NCBI GenBank assembly: GCA_944393265.1
Contig: CALXZO010000005.1
Location: 4,601 to 68,600 of the forward strand
Origin: an uncultured Clostridia bacterium
GTDB taxonomy: Bacteria > Bacillota > Clostridia > TANB77 > UBA1234
Direction of reading: 5' to 3'
Length of the DNA: 64,000 bases
This document shows, piece after piece, positions 21,379-31,784 of the stretch. The notes under the pieces were generated by a model. The model searched no databases, was not told where the DNA came from, and saw only the letters and a list, made by a program, of their open reading frames with translations. Positions within the stretch are counted from its first letter, which is position 1, and each line of letters begins with the position of its first letter. Both the position numbers and the translations under genes were made by a program.

Positions 21379-22143
21379 TTAAAAAATTAGCATCATCAAT
21401 AGATTAGAATTATACATAAATGCCGTTATCATCGACTGGTTAATCGACCCAACAATCCACTCTATATTAACAATATTTGACATAAAATAAATTATTGCTA
21501 AAATAAAGTAAACCCTAAACAGTCCCATAAATATTCCAATAACAAGTCCAGCTATATTATTAATTTCTTTTAAGAAAGGTAAGCTCATTATTCCATTAAA
21601 GACAATCATCACGATTAACAAAATAACTTTTGTGCCAACATATATAATAATCCAGCTAAAAACATTTATTACTATATTAGCAAGCTTATAGACTATGGTA
21701 ATCACGGCATCTTCTTTTATTTCCTCTAAATTAAACATCTCATCTAACATATCTGGCAAAGATTCCACCATGGTACTCATATTCATGGAAATATCTTCAT
21801 CATTATTATCAATCGCAGTAAGTGACTCGTTTTCTCCACTTATGATAAGCTCTCCGCTCTCTTCAATGATTTCAACTGTTGAATCTTCAAAGTTCTCTCC
21901 ACTTTGCTCTTGACCTCCCAGTGACAAAATACTCGTTGCAATCCATTCATTAATATTAGTTTCTTCATTTAGATATGTAGCTAAGTTTCCAGAGAAAATG
22001 CATGCTAGAACAACCGCCAAAATTGTAGAAACAAAACCGAAAAAAGTTTTTATGAACCCTTTATGATATGCTATCATAGCAGAAACCACGACTATTCCAA
22101 TTACAATAATATCAATCACAATTCCCATTTTACATTCCTCCAA
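21379..22143 (-). CDS. CvpA-family membrane protein with an acidic insert.
   Basis: The ORF is 254 aa. The N-terminal TM region (MGIVIDIIVIGIVVVSAMIAYHKGFIKTFFGF) resembles CvpA. Confidence 0.45.
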   Translation of the reverse strand: MEECKMGIVIDIIVIGIVVVSAMIAYHKGFIKTFFGFVSTILAVVLACIFSGNLATYLNEETNINEWIATSILSLGGQEQSGENFEDSTVEIIEESGELIISGENESLTAIDNNDEDISMNMSTMVESLPDMLDEMFNLEEIKEDAVITIVYKLANIVINVFSWIIIYVGTKVILLIVMIVFNGIMSLPFLKEINNIAGLVIGIFMGLFRVYFILAIIYFMSNIVNIEWIVGSINQSMITAFMYNSNLLMMLIF

Positions 22144-22145
22144 AA

Positions 22146-23258
22146 TTATATTTTTACTACATCGACTTTGTCTCGAAAAATTATACCAACTAGGTTATTC
22201 CCAAAAAACACAACTGATTGTGCATTACCATCAATCTCACATCTCTTAATTATTTTCGCATTTGCATTTACAACTAAGAGCTCGCCTTCCGTTAGCAATG
22301 CTATTTTTTTATCATTAACTGTTATCTTTGTGGGTAAATTATTTAATACTAATTCTGCCTTACTAACCTCATTAGCACAACAATCATACACATTCATTAA
22401 ATATGTCTTATTAAATAAACCATCTTGCATTACCTCCACTGTTACTAGATAATTTCCACCCTCAATAGTAGCCATCAGTACATCTTTTCCAAATATTTCA
22501 ATGTTATCCATCTCTCCGCTACTAACTATAAGTTTTGCCCCCTTATCTGTATAAACGTTTAAATCGTTATCGTTATTATACTCTACATCGATAATAAGTT
22601 CTCCTTCTTCTAGTTCAATTTTGTTAACATCACTATTAGGCACATTACTAATATCGATTAATTTTACATTTGATTGAATCTTGGTTCCATCTGCGTCTAT
22701 TTCTGCTAAAGCTAAGAACTTGTTATCATTTGAAATTTCAGCATCAAATATGTATGTAGAAGCCAAATAATTAGTAAACAATTCTTTTCCTTCCGCCGAT
22801 ACAACTTTGACTAATGACTTATAACCTGTTTGCTTATATATAATCGCTGCATATCCATTTTTATTAATAGATACTCCTAAGATAGTTCCTTGAATATCAT
22901 TTTCCCAAACTTTTTCCCCATCATTTATCATATATGCTTTCGTTCCGCCATTTTCTCCTATAATACAAAAATCTCCAGCCGAATCAATAATCGCTTCTTT
23001 TAACGAAACGCCTATATCAAAGTTTTCTTCCAAATTATCACCATATCCTTTTATATAGTTGCCTCCTACAACAACTAAATTAGAATCTGTTCCATCTACT
23101 GCATAAGCATTGCTAAGCGAGATTTTTCCAATAGACTCCGTTATTTCCCACTCTTTATTAGTAAGATACGCCACTATTCCTTCATAATTTTCATATATAT
23201 ATACACCAACAAACGTTAAAACTACTATTAAAACAAATACGCTTATGACTTTTTTCAT
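22146..23258 (-). CDS. Hypothetical secreted or lipo-anchored protein, probably a beta-propeller.
   Basis: The ORF is 370 aa with an N-terminal signal/TM segment and repeated beta-strand-rich units. I recognise no family. Confidence 0.45.
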   Translation of the reverse strand: MKKVISVFVLIVVLTFVGVYIYENYEGIVAYLTNKEWEITESIGKISLSNAYAVDGTDSNLVVVGGNYIKGYGDNLEENFDIGVSLKEAIIDSAGDFCIIGENGGTKAYMINDGEKVWENDIQGTILGVSINKNGYAAIIYKQTGYKSLVKVVSAEGKELFTNYLASTYIFDAEISNDNKFLALAEIDADGTKIQSNVKLIDISNVPNSDVNKIELEEGELIIDVEYNNDNDLNVYTDKGAKLIVSSGEMDNIEIFGKDVLMATIEGGNYLVTVEVMQDGLFNKTYLMNVYDCCANEVSKAELVLNNLPTKITVNDKKIALLTEGELLVVNANAKIIKRCEIDGNAQSVVFFGNNLVGIIFRDKVDVVKI

Positions 23259-23296
23259 ATATATCCTCCAACTAATTACTTATGTTTTTTGACTGT

Positions 23297-24316
23297 TTAA
23301 TAATAATAAAAATTATTTGCAATATTCCTAAATACCCGAAACAATGGAAAAAAAGTGTTGATCATATTTGCAAATCCAAGTTTTGAAAAGAGTACCGCCA
23401 TAGCACAAATTATAAAAGCATTTACACTATACTTTTTCTTATCTCTCATGCAAAGAACAGTATACCCCGTCGAAAAGGCCGTTGTAAGAATGGCAGCAAT
23501 TATAATCGTGCAATAAAAAAATTTTACACCATTTCCCTGTAGCATCGCAATCGTTAAAATAGGAATTTGCACATTCATAATCCCTGGATAAAAAACATTG
23601 CATGTATTATATATAATCAACGCCATTATACATAAAAAAACTGACGAAAACATTCCAATCATATATATTTGAGATTTTTTCAATTGATACACACCAAAAT
23701 TTGTCAAAACTGGCAATAAAATAAGTGTATTATAACTTGCATACAAAACACTAGCAACAAACCAACTATCAGTAAATTCCACACTATTTTCTATTGTTGC
23801 AATATTATTAGAATTTGCAATATAATTCTCAAATTTTACTATATCATGCTCTTGCAAACCAAGCAGTATTATTCCAAATATAATAAGCGGAACAAGCACC
23901 ATATTGACTTTTTCCATTCCATTAAATTTAAATAATAGCATAATAAAACATATCATTCCTGAAATGGTAGCGCAAAACCAATACGAGATACCAGTAAGCT
24001 CTTGTATAAATGAAGTTATTCCAGAAACCATTATACAAAAACAAACAAAGGCAAATACCTCCATTACTATTACAATTATTTTATTGCCATTAACAAGACT
24101 TTCATAATTATTAATGTTTCGTTTATATATTAGCATCGTAGTAACTATAGAAATAATTCCAAATAAAACACATGCAATAATTATTCCATATATTCCATTT
24201 GTTCCAAATCTATTAAAAAAACTAATAATTTCCTGCCCTGATGCGAAGCCCGCACCTATTATTGTGCCAATTATTATACAAGTACACGTCAAAATATTTC
24301 GCATATTTTCCTCCAC
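23297..24316 (-). CDS. Polytopic membrane protein, YkvI-like putative transporter.
   Basis: The ORF is 339 aa with about 10 TM helices and a GAGFASGQE motif near the N-terminus. Confidence 0.45.
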   Translation of the reverse strand: MEENMRNILTCTCIIIGTIIGAGFASGQEIISFFNRFGTNGIYGIIIACVLFGIISIVTTMLIYKRNINNYESLVNGNKIIVIVMEVFAFVCFCIMVSGITSFIQELTGISYWFCATISGMICFIMLLFKFNGMEKVNMVLVPLIIFGIILLGLQEHDIVKFENYIANSNNIATIENSVEFTDSWFVASVLYASYNTLILLPVLTNFGVYQLKKSQIYMIGMFSSVFLCIMALIIYNTCNVFYPGIMNVQIPILTIAMLQGNGVKFFYCTIIIAAILTTAFSTGYTVLCMRDKKKYSVNAFIICAMAVLFSKLGFANMINTFFPLFRVFRNIANNFYYY

Positions 24317-24476
24317 TAAACATATTAATAATTACTAAACCAGTTATAATATATGCGATATGCACTTGTATTATTTCCGAGATAATTATATCACAGGTAA
24401 TTTAACTTGTATATCATATATAAATATAAAATTGAAATACAAAAAAGAGAAAAAAGGAGATGATTTTATAACACAT

Positions 24477-25053
24477 TTGTCGGCTTTTCTATCATCGCTT
24501 ATTTTAATCTTTTTGGCTGAAATGGGAGATAAAACTCAATTGCTCATTTGTAGCTTAGCCTCTAAATACTCACCACTAAAAATCTTAATTGGCGTTGCCA
24601 TAGGCACATTATTTAGTCACGCAAGTGCAATACTCGTAGGCACGTTACTATCTAATTTCGAAAGTATATCTTTTTTTCTTCAGCTTATCGCTTACATTAG
24701 TTTCATCTTGTTTGGAATCATAAGTCTAAAGCACAAAAATAAAGAAAATGCCACCGAAAAAATAAATACTAACCTCAATGGTATAATATTATCAGTTGCC
24801 ATTCGGAATATTTATAGGAGAACTTGGAGATAAAACAGAACTTACTTCTATAGCTCTTAGTTTTAAATATCCAGAAAGTATTATAAGCTTGATTTTAGGT
24901 GCAATATCTGGTATGATACTCGCAGATTCAATAGCAATATTGATTGGTATTTATCTAAATAAAAAACTTCCCGAAAAAATTATCAATAATATTTCAGGAA
25001 TAGTTTTTATACTATTCGGAATTATAGGGCTTTTTTCAATATTATGGAAGTAA
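24477..25053 (+). CDS. UPF0016/GDT1-family cation transporter (TMEM165/MneA-like, two E-x-G-D-K-T repeats). The gene is interrupted by a +1 frameshift at the in-frame CGG at 24804-24806. The start codon is uncertain.
   Basis: Repeat 1 (AEMGDKTQ plus 2 TM) is in frame 0 and ends at 24833. Repeat 2 (IGELGDKTEL plus 2 TM) is in the +1 frame. Deleting C24804 gives …LSVAIGIFIGELGDKTELT…. Confidence 0.7.
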
Positions 25054-25358
25054 AGAAAGGAATAAAAATGATAACATCTAAACAAAGAGCTTATTTAAAA
25101 AGTCTTGCACAAAATATTACACCTATTTTTCAAGTTGGAAAAAATGGCATAAATAATAACTTAATAAAACAATTAATCGATGCGCTTGAAGCGCGTGAAT
25201 TAATTAAAATAACCTTACTAGATGCCGTTGCAGCTGATAAGCATAATATTGCAAACGAAATTTCAGAAAAAACAAACTCCGACATTGTTCAATTAATTGG
25301 TAAAAAACTCGTACTTTATAAAGAATCTACCAAACATCCAACAATTGAACTTCCATAA
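25044..25358 (+). CDS. yhbY: RNA-binding protein of the YhbY/CRS1 family (CRM domain).
   Basis: The ORF is 104 aa (…KQRAYLKSLAQNITPIFQVGKNGI…ARELIKITLL). Confidence 0.85.
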   Translation: MEVKKGIKMITSKQRAYLKSLAQNITPIFQVGKNGINNNLIKQLIDALEARELIKITLLDAVAADKHNIANEISEKTNSDIVQLIGKKLVLYKESTKHPTIELP

Positions 25359-25446
25359 AATGTGCCAAAAAGTACGAGGCTTTTTGGCACACATCACTCT
25401 TGACAAAGAATAGCTTTTCAGCAATTAAAAAATGTCCGTAATTTTT

Positions 25447-26106
25447 TCAAGCAATAAAACTAGTTACTGGTAATGAAAATAGTATCGATTGAGCTTTAGA
25501 ATTCATACCCGCCTTTGACATCACTGCCTGCATTATCTTATCTCTTGTTTCTCGCTCTGTGACTATAAAAATCATTTCTTTTTCAGCTCCAACAGTTACG
25601 CCAAAAAATTTTTCCGAATCGCCAACACCAGTACCCCTAGCATGTATAACTGTGCCACCCGGCGCGCCAGCTTCTCTTGCCACTTCCATTACATCATCAA
25701 CGTACCCTCTATTTGTAATTATTAAAATTAATTCTTTATTAAATTTATAACTCGTTTTCTCATTTTCTTTTATCTCTTTAAAATTTTCATTAAACATCTC
25801 CATCGTACTTTTACCTCCTACAGTAGAAATTGGAATTACAAAAGAATATGCATCCGGTAATTGTTTTTTTAAATTTTGTGAAACATTTTGTGCAAGAGCA
25901 AGATCCATCAAACTAAAAGATATACATTTTTCTTTTTCTGCAACTCCAAGATAATCTAGCATAACATCTGTTGCTGTTCCTCTACCATATCTTCCTAAAG
26001 TCATTGGAACATTATTAGTATTAAAAAAAGATATAAGCTTCTCACTGTTTGCTCTTTTAACAGTAGTAACCATCATTACTAATTTAAGCAATCTTCCCAC
26101 TTCCAA
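25447..26106 (-). CDS. Tandem P-II-like (GlnB-like) signal-transduction protein.
   Basis: The 219 aa product has two units of about 100 aa resembling P-II (…GGTVIHARGTGVG…). It lies immediately downstream of a DUF1538 membrane protein, which is a known pairing. Confidence 0.55.
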   Translation of the reverse strand: MEVGRLLKLVMMVTTVKRANSEKLISFFNTNNVPMTLGRYGRGTATDVMLDYLGVAEKEKCISFSLMDLALAQNVSQNLKKQLPDAYSFVIPISTVGGKSTMEMFNENFKEIKENEKTSYKFNKELILIITNRGYVDDVMEVAREAGAPGGTVIHARGTGVGDSEKFFGVTVGAEKEMIFIVTERETRDKIMQAVMSKAGMNSKAQSILFSLPVTSFIA

Positions 26107-27608
26107 TCTATCTCAATAATTTCATTTTCCTCACTCTTAGCATTCTTCTCCGGTATCTTTCTAAACTTTATTTTATAAACTAGTCCTGTTATTTGAACTA
26201 CAATAAGCGGAGTCATTGCGGCAAGTGCAACTAGTCCAAACGCATCCGTCAAAACATTTCCTCCTAAGGTTGTACAAATACCAATTGAAAATGGAATCAA
26301 AAACGTAGTCATAATTGGACCAGTCGTAACTCCCCCCGAATCGAAGGCTATTGCAGTAAAAATTGACGGCGTTACAAGAGACAATAATAAAGCAATTCCA
26401 TATCCTATTACCAAAAAATACACTATTGGTACTCCAGTTAATAATCTAATCATAGCTATTCCAATTGCTACAGCCACACTAATTGATAAGCTAAATTTCA
26501 TTGCTCTTTCCGGAATAGCTCCATCCGTTAAATCAGATATCTGTCTGATTAATATAAGTACTGCCGGCTCGGCTATTACTACAAAATATCCAATAATCAT
26601 TCCAATCGGAATTATGGTCCAATTATACTCTAATGTTGCTAACTGTTGTCCCATTAGGTAACCCGCGGGCAAAAAGCCCACATTTACTCCGAGCAAAAAT
26701 AATAATAACCCCAAAAAAGTGTATCCGACTCCAACTAATATCTTTGTCATACTTTGTTTAGAGAGTTTTAAAAAAATACATTGATAAATCATAAAAAATA
26801 AAAAAACCGGACCTACAGCAATAACGGCTTCTAGCAAATAAGTCGGGATATTACTAATAAAAGCTTCCGCAATCTCTCTTGTATTTTCTAGCCTTTCAAT
26901 CGTATATACAGAATAAGTAGCATCAGACAAATTATATATTATGCCTAAAATTCCCATGGTAATTATTGGACCAATCGAACAAATAGCAACTAAACCAAAA
27001 CTATCATTTTCCGAATTTTTATTTCCTCTAACTTCAGCAGCGCCTATACCTAGCGAAATTAAGAAAGGCACCGTAATCGCGCCAACAGTAACTCCACCAG
27101 AATCAAAAGCTATTGCCCAAAATTCTTTTGGCACATACATAAACAAGATAAAGATTATACCGTAAAAGAAAAATAATATATGTGAAAGATTAATTTTGAA
27201 TATAATTCTAAGAAATGCCAAAGCCAAAAAAAGACCTACCCCTACAGATACAGATATTATTATAACATTGCTTTCAATCTCTATTATCTGACTAGCAAGT
27301 AACCTTAGGTCTGGTTCTGCACTCGTGATTATAGCTCCTAAAATAAAAAGAACTATAAATATAAATAAGATATTCTTGCTTTTAGCCATATGCGCACCAA
27401 TCTTTTCACCCATAGTTGACATAGAAATCTCTGCTCCCAACGTAAAAAGCCCCATTCCTACAATAAGCATAACCGCTCCAATAAAAAACATAGTTATAAC
27501 ATCAGACGAAAGTGGCGTTATAGTGAAAGCCAAAACAAGTACAATAACGACGATTGGCAATATAGCAGATAAAGATTCTTTTATTTTTTCTTTTACTTTT
27601 TCATTCAA
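26079..27608 (-). CDS. DUF1538-family polytopic membrane protein with an internal duplication, a putative transporter.
   Basis: The ORF is 509 aa with the repeated motif AFDSGGVT(V/T)G and about 12 TM helices. Confidence 0.65.
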   Translation of the reverse strand: MNEKVKEKIKESLSAILPIVVIVLVLAFTITPLSSDVITMFFIGAVMLIVGMGLFTLGAEISMSTMGEKIGAHMAKSKNILFIFIVLFILGAIITSAEPDLRLLASQIIEIESNVIIISVSVGVGLFLALAFLRIIFKINLSHILFFFYGIIFILFMYVPKEFWAIAFDSGGVTVGAITVPFLISLGIGAAEVRGNKNSENDSFGLVAICSIGPIITMGILGIIYNLSDATYSVYTIERLENTREIAEAFISNIPTYLLEAVIAVGPVFLFFMIYQCIFLKLSKQSMTKILVGVGYTFLGLLLFLLGVNVGFLPAGYLMGQQLATLEYNWTIIPIGMIIGYFVVIAEPAVLILIRQISDLTDGAIPERAMKFSLSISVAVAIGIAMIRLLTGVPIVYFLVIGYGIALLLSLVTPSIFTAIAFDSGGVTTGPIMTTFLIPFSIGICTTLGGNVLTDAFGLVALAAMTPLIVVQITGLVYKIKFRKIPEKNAKSEENEIIEIDWKWEDCLN

Positions 27609-27821
27609 TGTTTTTCTCTCCTCTTCATTTGTATCATCAACTCTAGTATATTACTACTTTGAAAAGAATAAAAGCTAATATTCCTAACAAACTACAACTT
27701 TATTAGAATAAAAACTAAAATTTTTAAAACAAAGACTTTTTACGTTTTATTATTATCTCACACGAGACGTTTTAAATAACATAATATATATTTTCTTATT
27801 GTTTTTTTCCCTTGAAACAAA

Positions 27822-27858
27822 TAAAGCCGGACAAGACAGCTTTATCTCATCCGGTTTT
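27822..27858 (-). terminator. Terminator of the tRNA-Cys/tRNA-Gly transcript.
   Basis: The ccgga/tccgg hairpin is followed by a T-rich stretch on the minus strand. Confidence 0.5.
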
Positions 27859-27864
27859 CAATGT

Positions 27865-27940
27865 TGGAGCGGGAAACGGGGCTCAAACCCGCGACCTTCG
27901 CCTTGGCAAGGCGACGCTCTATCAACTGAGCTACTCCCGC
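27865..27940 (-). tRNA. tRNA-Gly with anticodon GCC.
   Basis: The reverse complement is GCGGGAGTAGCTCAGTTGATAGAGCGTCGCCTTGCCAAGGCGAAGGTCGCGGGTTTGAGCCCCGTTTCCCGCTCCA. The anticodon loop is UUGCCAA. Confidence 0.9.
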
Positions 27941-28002
27941 ATGTAATCACGTTTCAACAATGTATATAGTACAACATAAATTCAAAATAGTCAATATTTT
28001 TT

Positions 28003-28076
28003 TGGAGGCGCCAATCAGATTTGAACTGATGATCAGGCTTTTGCAGAGCCGTGCCTTACCACTTGGCTATGGCGCC
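28003..28076 (-). tRNA. tRNA-Cys with anticodon GCA.
   Basis: The reverse complement is GGCGCCATAGCCAAGTGGTAAGGCACGGCTCTGCAAAAGCCTGATCATCAGTTCAAATCTGATTGGCGCCTCCA. The anticodon loop is CUGCAAA. Confidence 0.9.
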
Positions 28077-28429
28077 ATCAAGGACTTTCCGACGTTCTTC
28101 ATTATAATTTATAATAGATTATATGTCAATAATTATAAAATAATTCCTTTATTTTTTTTGTTAGTCAATAGACACGAGGGCAAAGTTTTTGTCTATACTA
28201 TTTAAACCTATTGCCCTAAGCAGATTGGTTTTAAGAAGTATATACAAAAACTTAGTCCCTATCTCTACCGTGTCTAAAATATTGGATATTACAACAGTAT
28301 TAAATATTTATTACAATATCGTTACACTTATTGAAAATTTCAAATATACAATATACAATAAGCTCAAAGATATTAAAGATTATATGGCTTTTACTTGCTG
28401 GTTTTTTATTGAGTATTAAGAGGTGAACT

Positions 28430-29086
28430 ATGAAAAAAAATTTTGTTAGCATATTATTGATATTTACGTTACTTTTTTCGATGTGTACAGTTGCTTATGC
28501 AGAAAATGAATATAAATATCCAGACTTAGTGTGGTACACCCGCGACAAGCACGGTCGAGAAGTTCTTACCGTACATTATGCAGCTAGAGAAATAACTCAG
28601 GCTACTAATATCGGGGTGATGGATGGATATCCTGATGGCACGTTTAGACCAAATGAACCAGTTAAAAGGTCTGAATTTATTAAGATGTTGATTGGGCTTG
28701 CTACCAATAGATCTTTTGATTTTGAGAGTGTTAATACTCAATATAGTGAATGGTATGGTCCTTATGTAACTATAGCAGAAATGCAAGGTGTAATATCTAA
28801 AAATCAATATAGTGAAGATGACTTGCAACAGCCAATCACTAGGCTTGAAACTATTCTTATGCTAGCTAAAACGCAAATACTTATGAAAGGAATCCCACAA
28901 AATCAGTTAGGCAAACTAGTTTATACAGATATAGATGATCTTACACAAGAGGAAAAAGACTTGGTACTACACGCAGCACAATACGATTTATTAGAAGGAA
29001 TGAAAGATGGCTCAGTTACTTTACTTAAACCAGATTCTAACTTAACTAGAGGCGAAGCTGCTGCTGCATTAATGAGAATATACTAA
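28430..29086 (+). CDS. Secreted protein with three S-layer homology (SLH) domains.
   Basis: The ORF is 218 aa with a signal peptide. It has three SLH-like units (GYPDGTFRPNEPVKRSEFIKML, ITRLETILMLAK, LTRGEAAAALMRIY). Confidence 0.7.
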   Translation: MKKNFVSILLIFTLLFSMCTVAYAENEYKYPDLVWYTRDKHGREVLTVHYAAREITQATNIGVMDGYPDGTFRPNEPVKRSEFIKMLIGLATNRSFDFESVNTQYSEWYGPYVTIAEMQGVISKNQYSEDDLQQPITRLETILMLAKTQILMKGIPQNQLGKLVYTDIDDLTQEEKDLVLHAAQYDLLEGMKDGSVTLLKPDSNLTRGEAAAALMRIY

Positions 29087-29382
29087 GAAGCTACCAAACT
29101 TTAAAAGTACAAAAGTATAAATTCTTGATTTACAAAAGCTTTCATTGAGATGCAAAAGAATATTGCAAGGCACATATGAATATTGATGTACAAAAGAATT
29201 TTAGATATACAAAAGAGTAAAAAGTACTTTTGATAGTTTTAACCCCTACGCAAGTAGGGGTTAAGTTTTATAATTATATGAAAATTCTACTTTATCGCAA
29301 AGATAGACAAACACAGCCTTTTGATTCTTTCTAGCATTAAATTCATCGATAAGTTTTATAAATTCAGAAAAAATTGCAATCG

Positions 29383-29934
29383 CTAATTGGTATCTTTCTC
29401 TCTACTAATTAATTTTTCAAGATATTCAATATCAGATATAACATCATACATTTTGGAAACTTCAACTTTGCTAAATCTTGAATCAATTTTCTCAAACACA
29501 GCTAGTAAGGAATCAAAATAACCATTTATATTGCATATTATAATTGGCTTACTATGTTCTCCACTCCTTTTTGTTTCAATCGCAGTTAATAATTCATCCA
29601 CCGTTCCAATCCCTCCTGGCAAGAAAAGAAAAATGTCTGCGAGTTTTAAAATGTCGTTTTTTCTCTCATTAATAGTATCTGATACATATACTTCATTATA
29701 TGACATACCCTGTAAATCCTCTTGATATCTTTTTACTGTTGTAACTATAATTTTACTATGTCTAGCTGTTGCAACACTCTTATACACTTCTCCCATCAAA
29801 CCATTTTTACATCCTCCAAAAACAAGATTGTGATTCCTTTTTTTGATAAACATCCCTACATTTCTGGCAGCATTATTATATGCCTCATTAGTGCTATCTG
29901 TTGAAGAGCACCCGACAAATATGTTCATACCCAT
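29383..29934 (-). CDS. LOG-family nucleotide phosphoribohydrolase (TIGR00730, YvdD-like).
   Basis: The ORF is 183 aa with the motifs VFGGCKNGLMG and FLPGGIGTVDEL. Confidence 0.8.
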   Translation of the reverse strand: MGMNIFVGCSSTDSTNEAYNNAARNVGMFIKKRNHNLVFGGCKNGLMGEVYKSVATARHSKIIVTTVKRYQEDLQGMSYNEVYVSDTINERKNDILKLADIFLFLPGGIGTVDELLTAIETKRSGEHSKPIIICNINGYFDSLLAVFEKIDSRFSKVEVSKMYDVISDIEYLEKLISREKDTN

Positions 29935-30008
29935 ATTCTCCTTTCTTGTTTTCTATAATGTTTCTCTTGCCGCACCTGCTAAAATATTAAGTTACAGACT
30001 GCCAAACG

Positions 30009-31095
30009 TTAGAAACAAACCAATCTTACCATGCTCCTACATATGTCAGCAGTTAAGGCAATATGACACCCCCGCCCGATTACTATATCATTATCATAAA
30101 AAACTACAGACTGTCCAGGTGTTATTGCTCTTTGCGGTTCCTCAAATATCACTTTTACTTTATTGTTGTCCTGCGAAAACACTTTGCATTTGCTAGGCTT
30201 TGAAGCATATCGTATCTTTGCGTAACATTCAAACGAATCCGGTATTTCATCATAAAAAATATAATTAACATCTTCGGCTATAAGTTCACTTTTATATACC
30301 ATTTCTTCTTCTCCGACTATTAGCTCATTTTTATCCATATCAAGTCCTATTACAAAAAGTGGCTTTTGGGCAGATATTCCAATCCCTTTTCGTTGTCCAA
30401 TTGTATATTTAATTAATCCATCATGTTTCCCCAAAATTCTACCATTTGTATCAACAATGTTTCCTGGCTCACTCAACACTCCACTTTTCTGAATGTAAGA
30501 AACATAATCATTATCTGGTATAAAACATATTTCCTGACTATCTTTCTTGTTTTCAATATCAATTTTCATTTCACTAGCTATTTTCCTTATTTCATCTTTT
30601 GAACTGAACCTTCCGAGAGGAAAAATTGTTCTTTTTAATATATTTTGCATTAAATTATACAACACATATGTTTGATCCTTTTGAACAGCCATTGCTTTTT
30701 TTAAGAGAAATTTGTTTTTATCTGCGTCAAAGACGGCATTCGCATAATGTCCAGTAGCTATGTATTCTATTCCCATATCATTTGCAACATCTAAAAACTT
30801 TCCGAAATTTCATAAATTTATTGCAACGAATACACGGATTCGGTGTTTTGCCTTTTTTATAATTTTCAATAAAATCTTTTATGACATATTTCCTAAACTC
30901 TTCTATAAAGTCTAACACCATATGTTCTATCCCAAGCATTTCGCATACTCTTTTAGCATCTAAAACGCTATTTTCATCACTGTTCCCACAAAAAATAATT
31001 GTCGCCCCTACAACCTCATATCCTTCTTCAAGTAGTACTTTGGCAGCAACAGTACTATCAACGCCGCCACTCATTCCTAATAAAACTTTTTTCAT
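30009..31095 (-). CDS. mnmA: tRNA-specific 2-thiouridylase MnmA, interrupted by a +1 frameshift at an in-frame CGG. The CGG shows as ccg on the plus strand at about 30801-30804.
   Basis: The N-terminal PP-loop part (SGGVDSTVAA…PCIRCNKFMKF) is ORF 30778..31095. The C-terminal part (GIEYIATGHYA…) is ORF 30009..30776 in the +1 frame. Deleting the C gives …CNKFMKFGKFLDVANDMGIEYIATGHYA…, which matches the MnmA consensus. Confidence 0.85.
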
Positions 31096-31230
31096 TTTTA
31101 TTTCTTCCCTTTCTTAATCATCATATACAACATTATTCTATCAAAAATCAAATTTTTTACCTCAAAAATTTACATATTAAATTTCATGTGCTATACTTGA
31201 AAATATATATAATAATTGGAGGTTCTTCAT

Positions 31231-31365
31231 ATGTTTGAAAAAAAAGCTGCAATGATAATTGGTGTTATAATAATATACATACTTTTACTTATTTCTTTTG
31301 GCCCAACCATCAATATAGCACTTTTCCTTATTTTTGTTGGATATGCCTTGTATAAATATAATTAA
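31231..31365 (+). CDS. Small hydrophobic peptide of 44 aa, putative.
   Basis: A GGAGG RBS precedes an ATG at 31231. The product (MFEKKAAMIIGVIIIYILLLISFGPTINIALFLIFVGYALYKYN) has two predicted TM helices. Confidence 0.3.
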   Translation: MFEKKAAMIIGVIIIYILLLISFGPTINIALFLIFVGYALYKYN

Positions 31366-31784
31366 CTTAATTTGAAAATTGCATATCCCAATATTTTCAT
31401 GTACGATTTATATTAATCTTTTAACATAATGAGTTAGAACACTTTAGATATTTATACTCTCCACAATTAAATAATGTCTAATTGTAGCTTCATGTGTACA
31501 AAAGGTGATGCGCTATCTTATACTTCGTAGGCAACAAAAACATCTTTACTAAATTGTGCAAAACTTTTCCAAAAAAACTCTAACTTTTCTGATAAAATAA
31601 AAATATGTAATTCTTCACAAAATAGGCTAATTGTTTTAAACACCATTGGCAGTTGTACTATTCAAAAATTCCAAAGAGTTTTGTTATTTATATTTTAAGT
31701 CCAAATTCATATCAATCACGTATATGTAATCAGAAACAGTGGGCCTAAATTCATTTAAAATTTAAAATACAGAACAAAAATGAA

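Noticed and set aside
24796-25053. Second UPF0016 ORF as an independent gene with a TTG start.
   Set aside because: This is possible, since half-size UPF0016 genes exist. The 38-bp out-of-frame overlap and a CGG exactly at the junction match the pattern of the other ten sites. I therefore treat it as part of the frameshift set, with the alternative noted.
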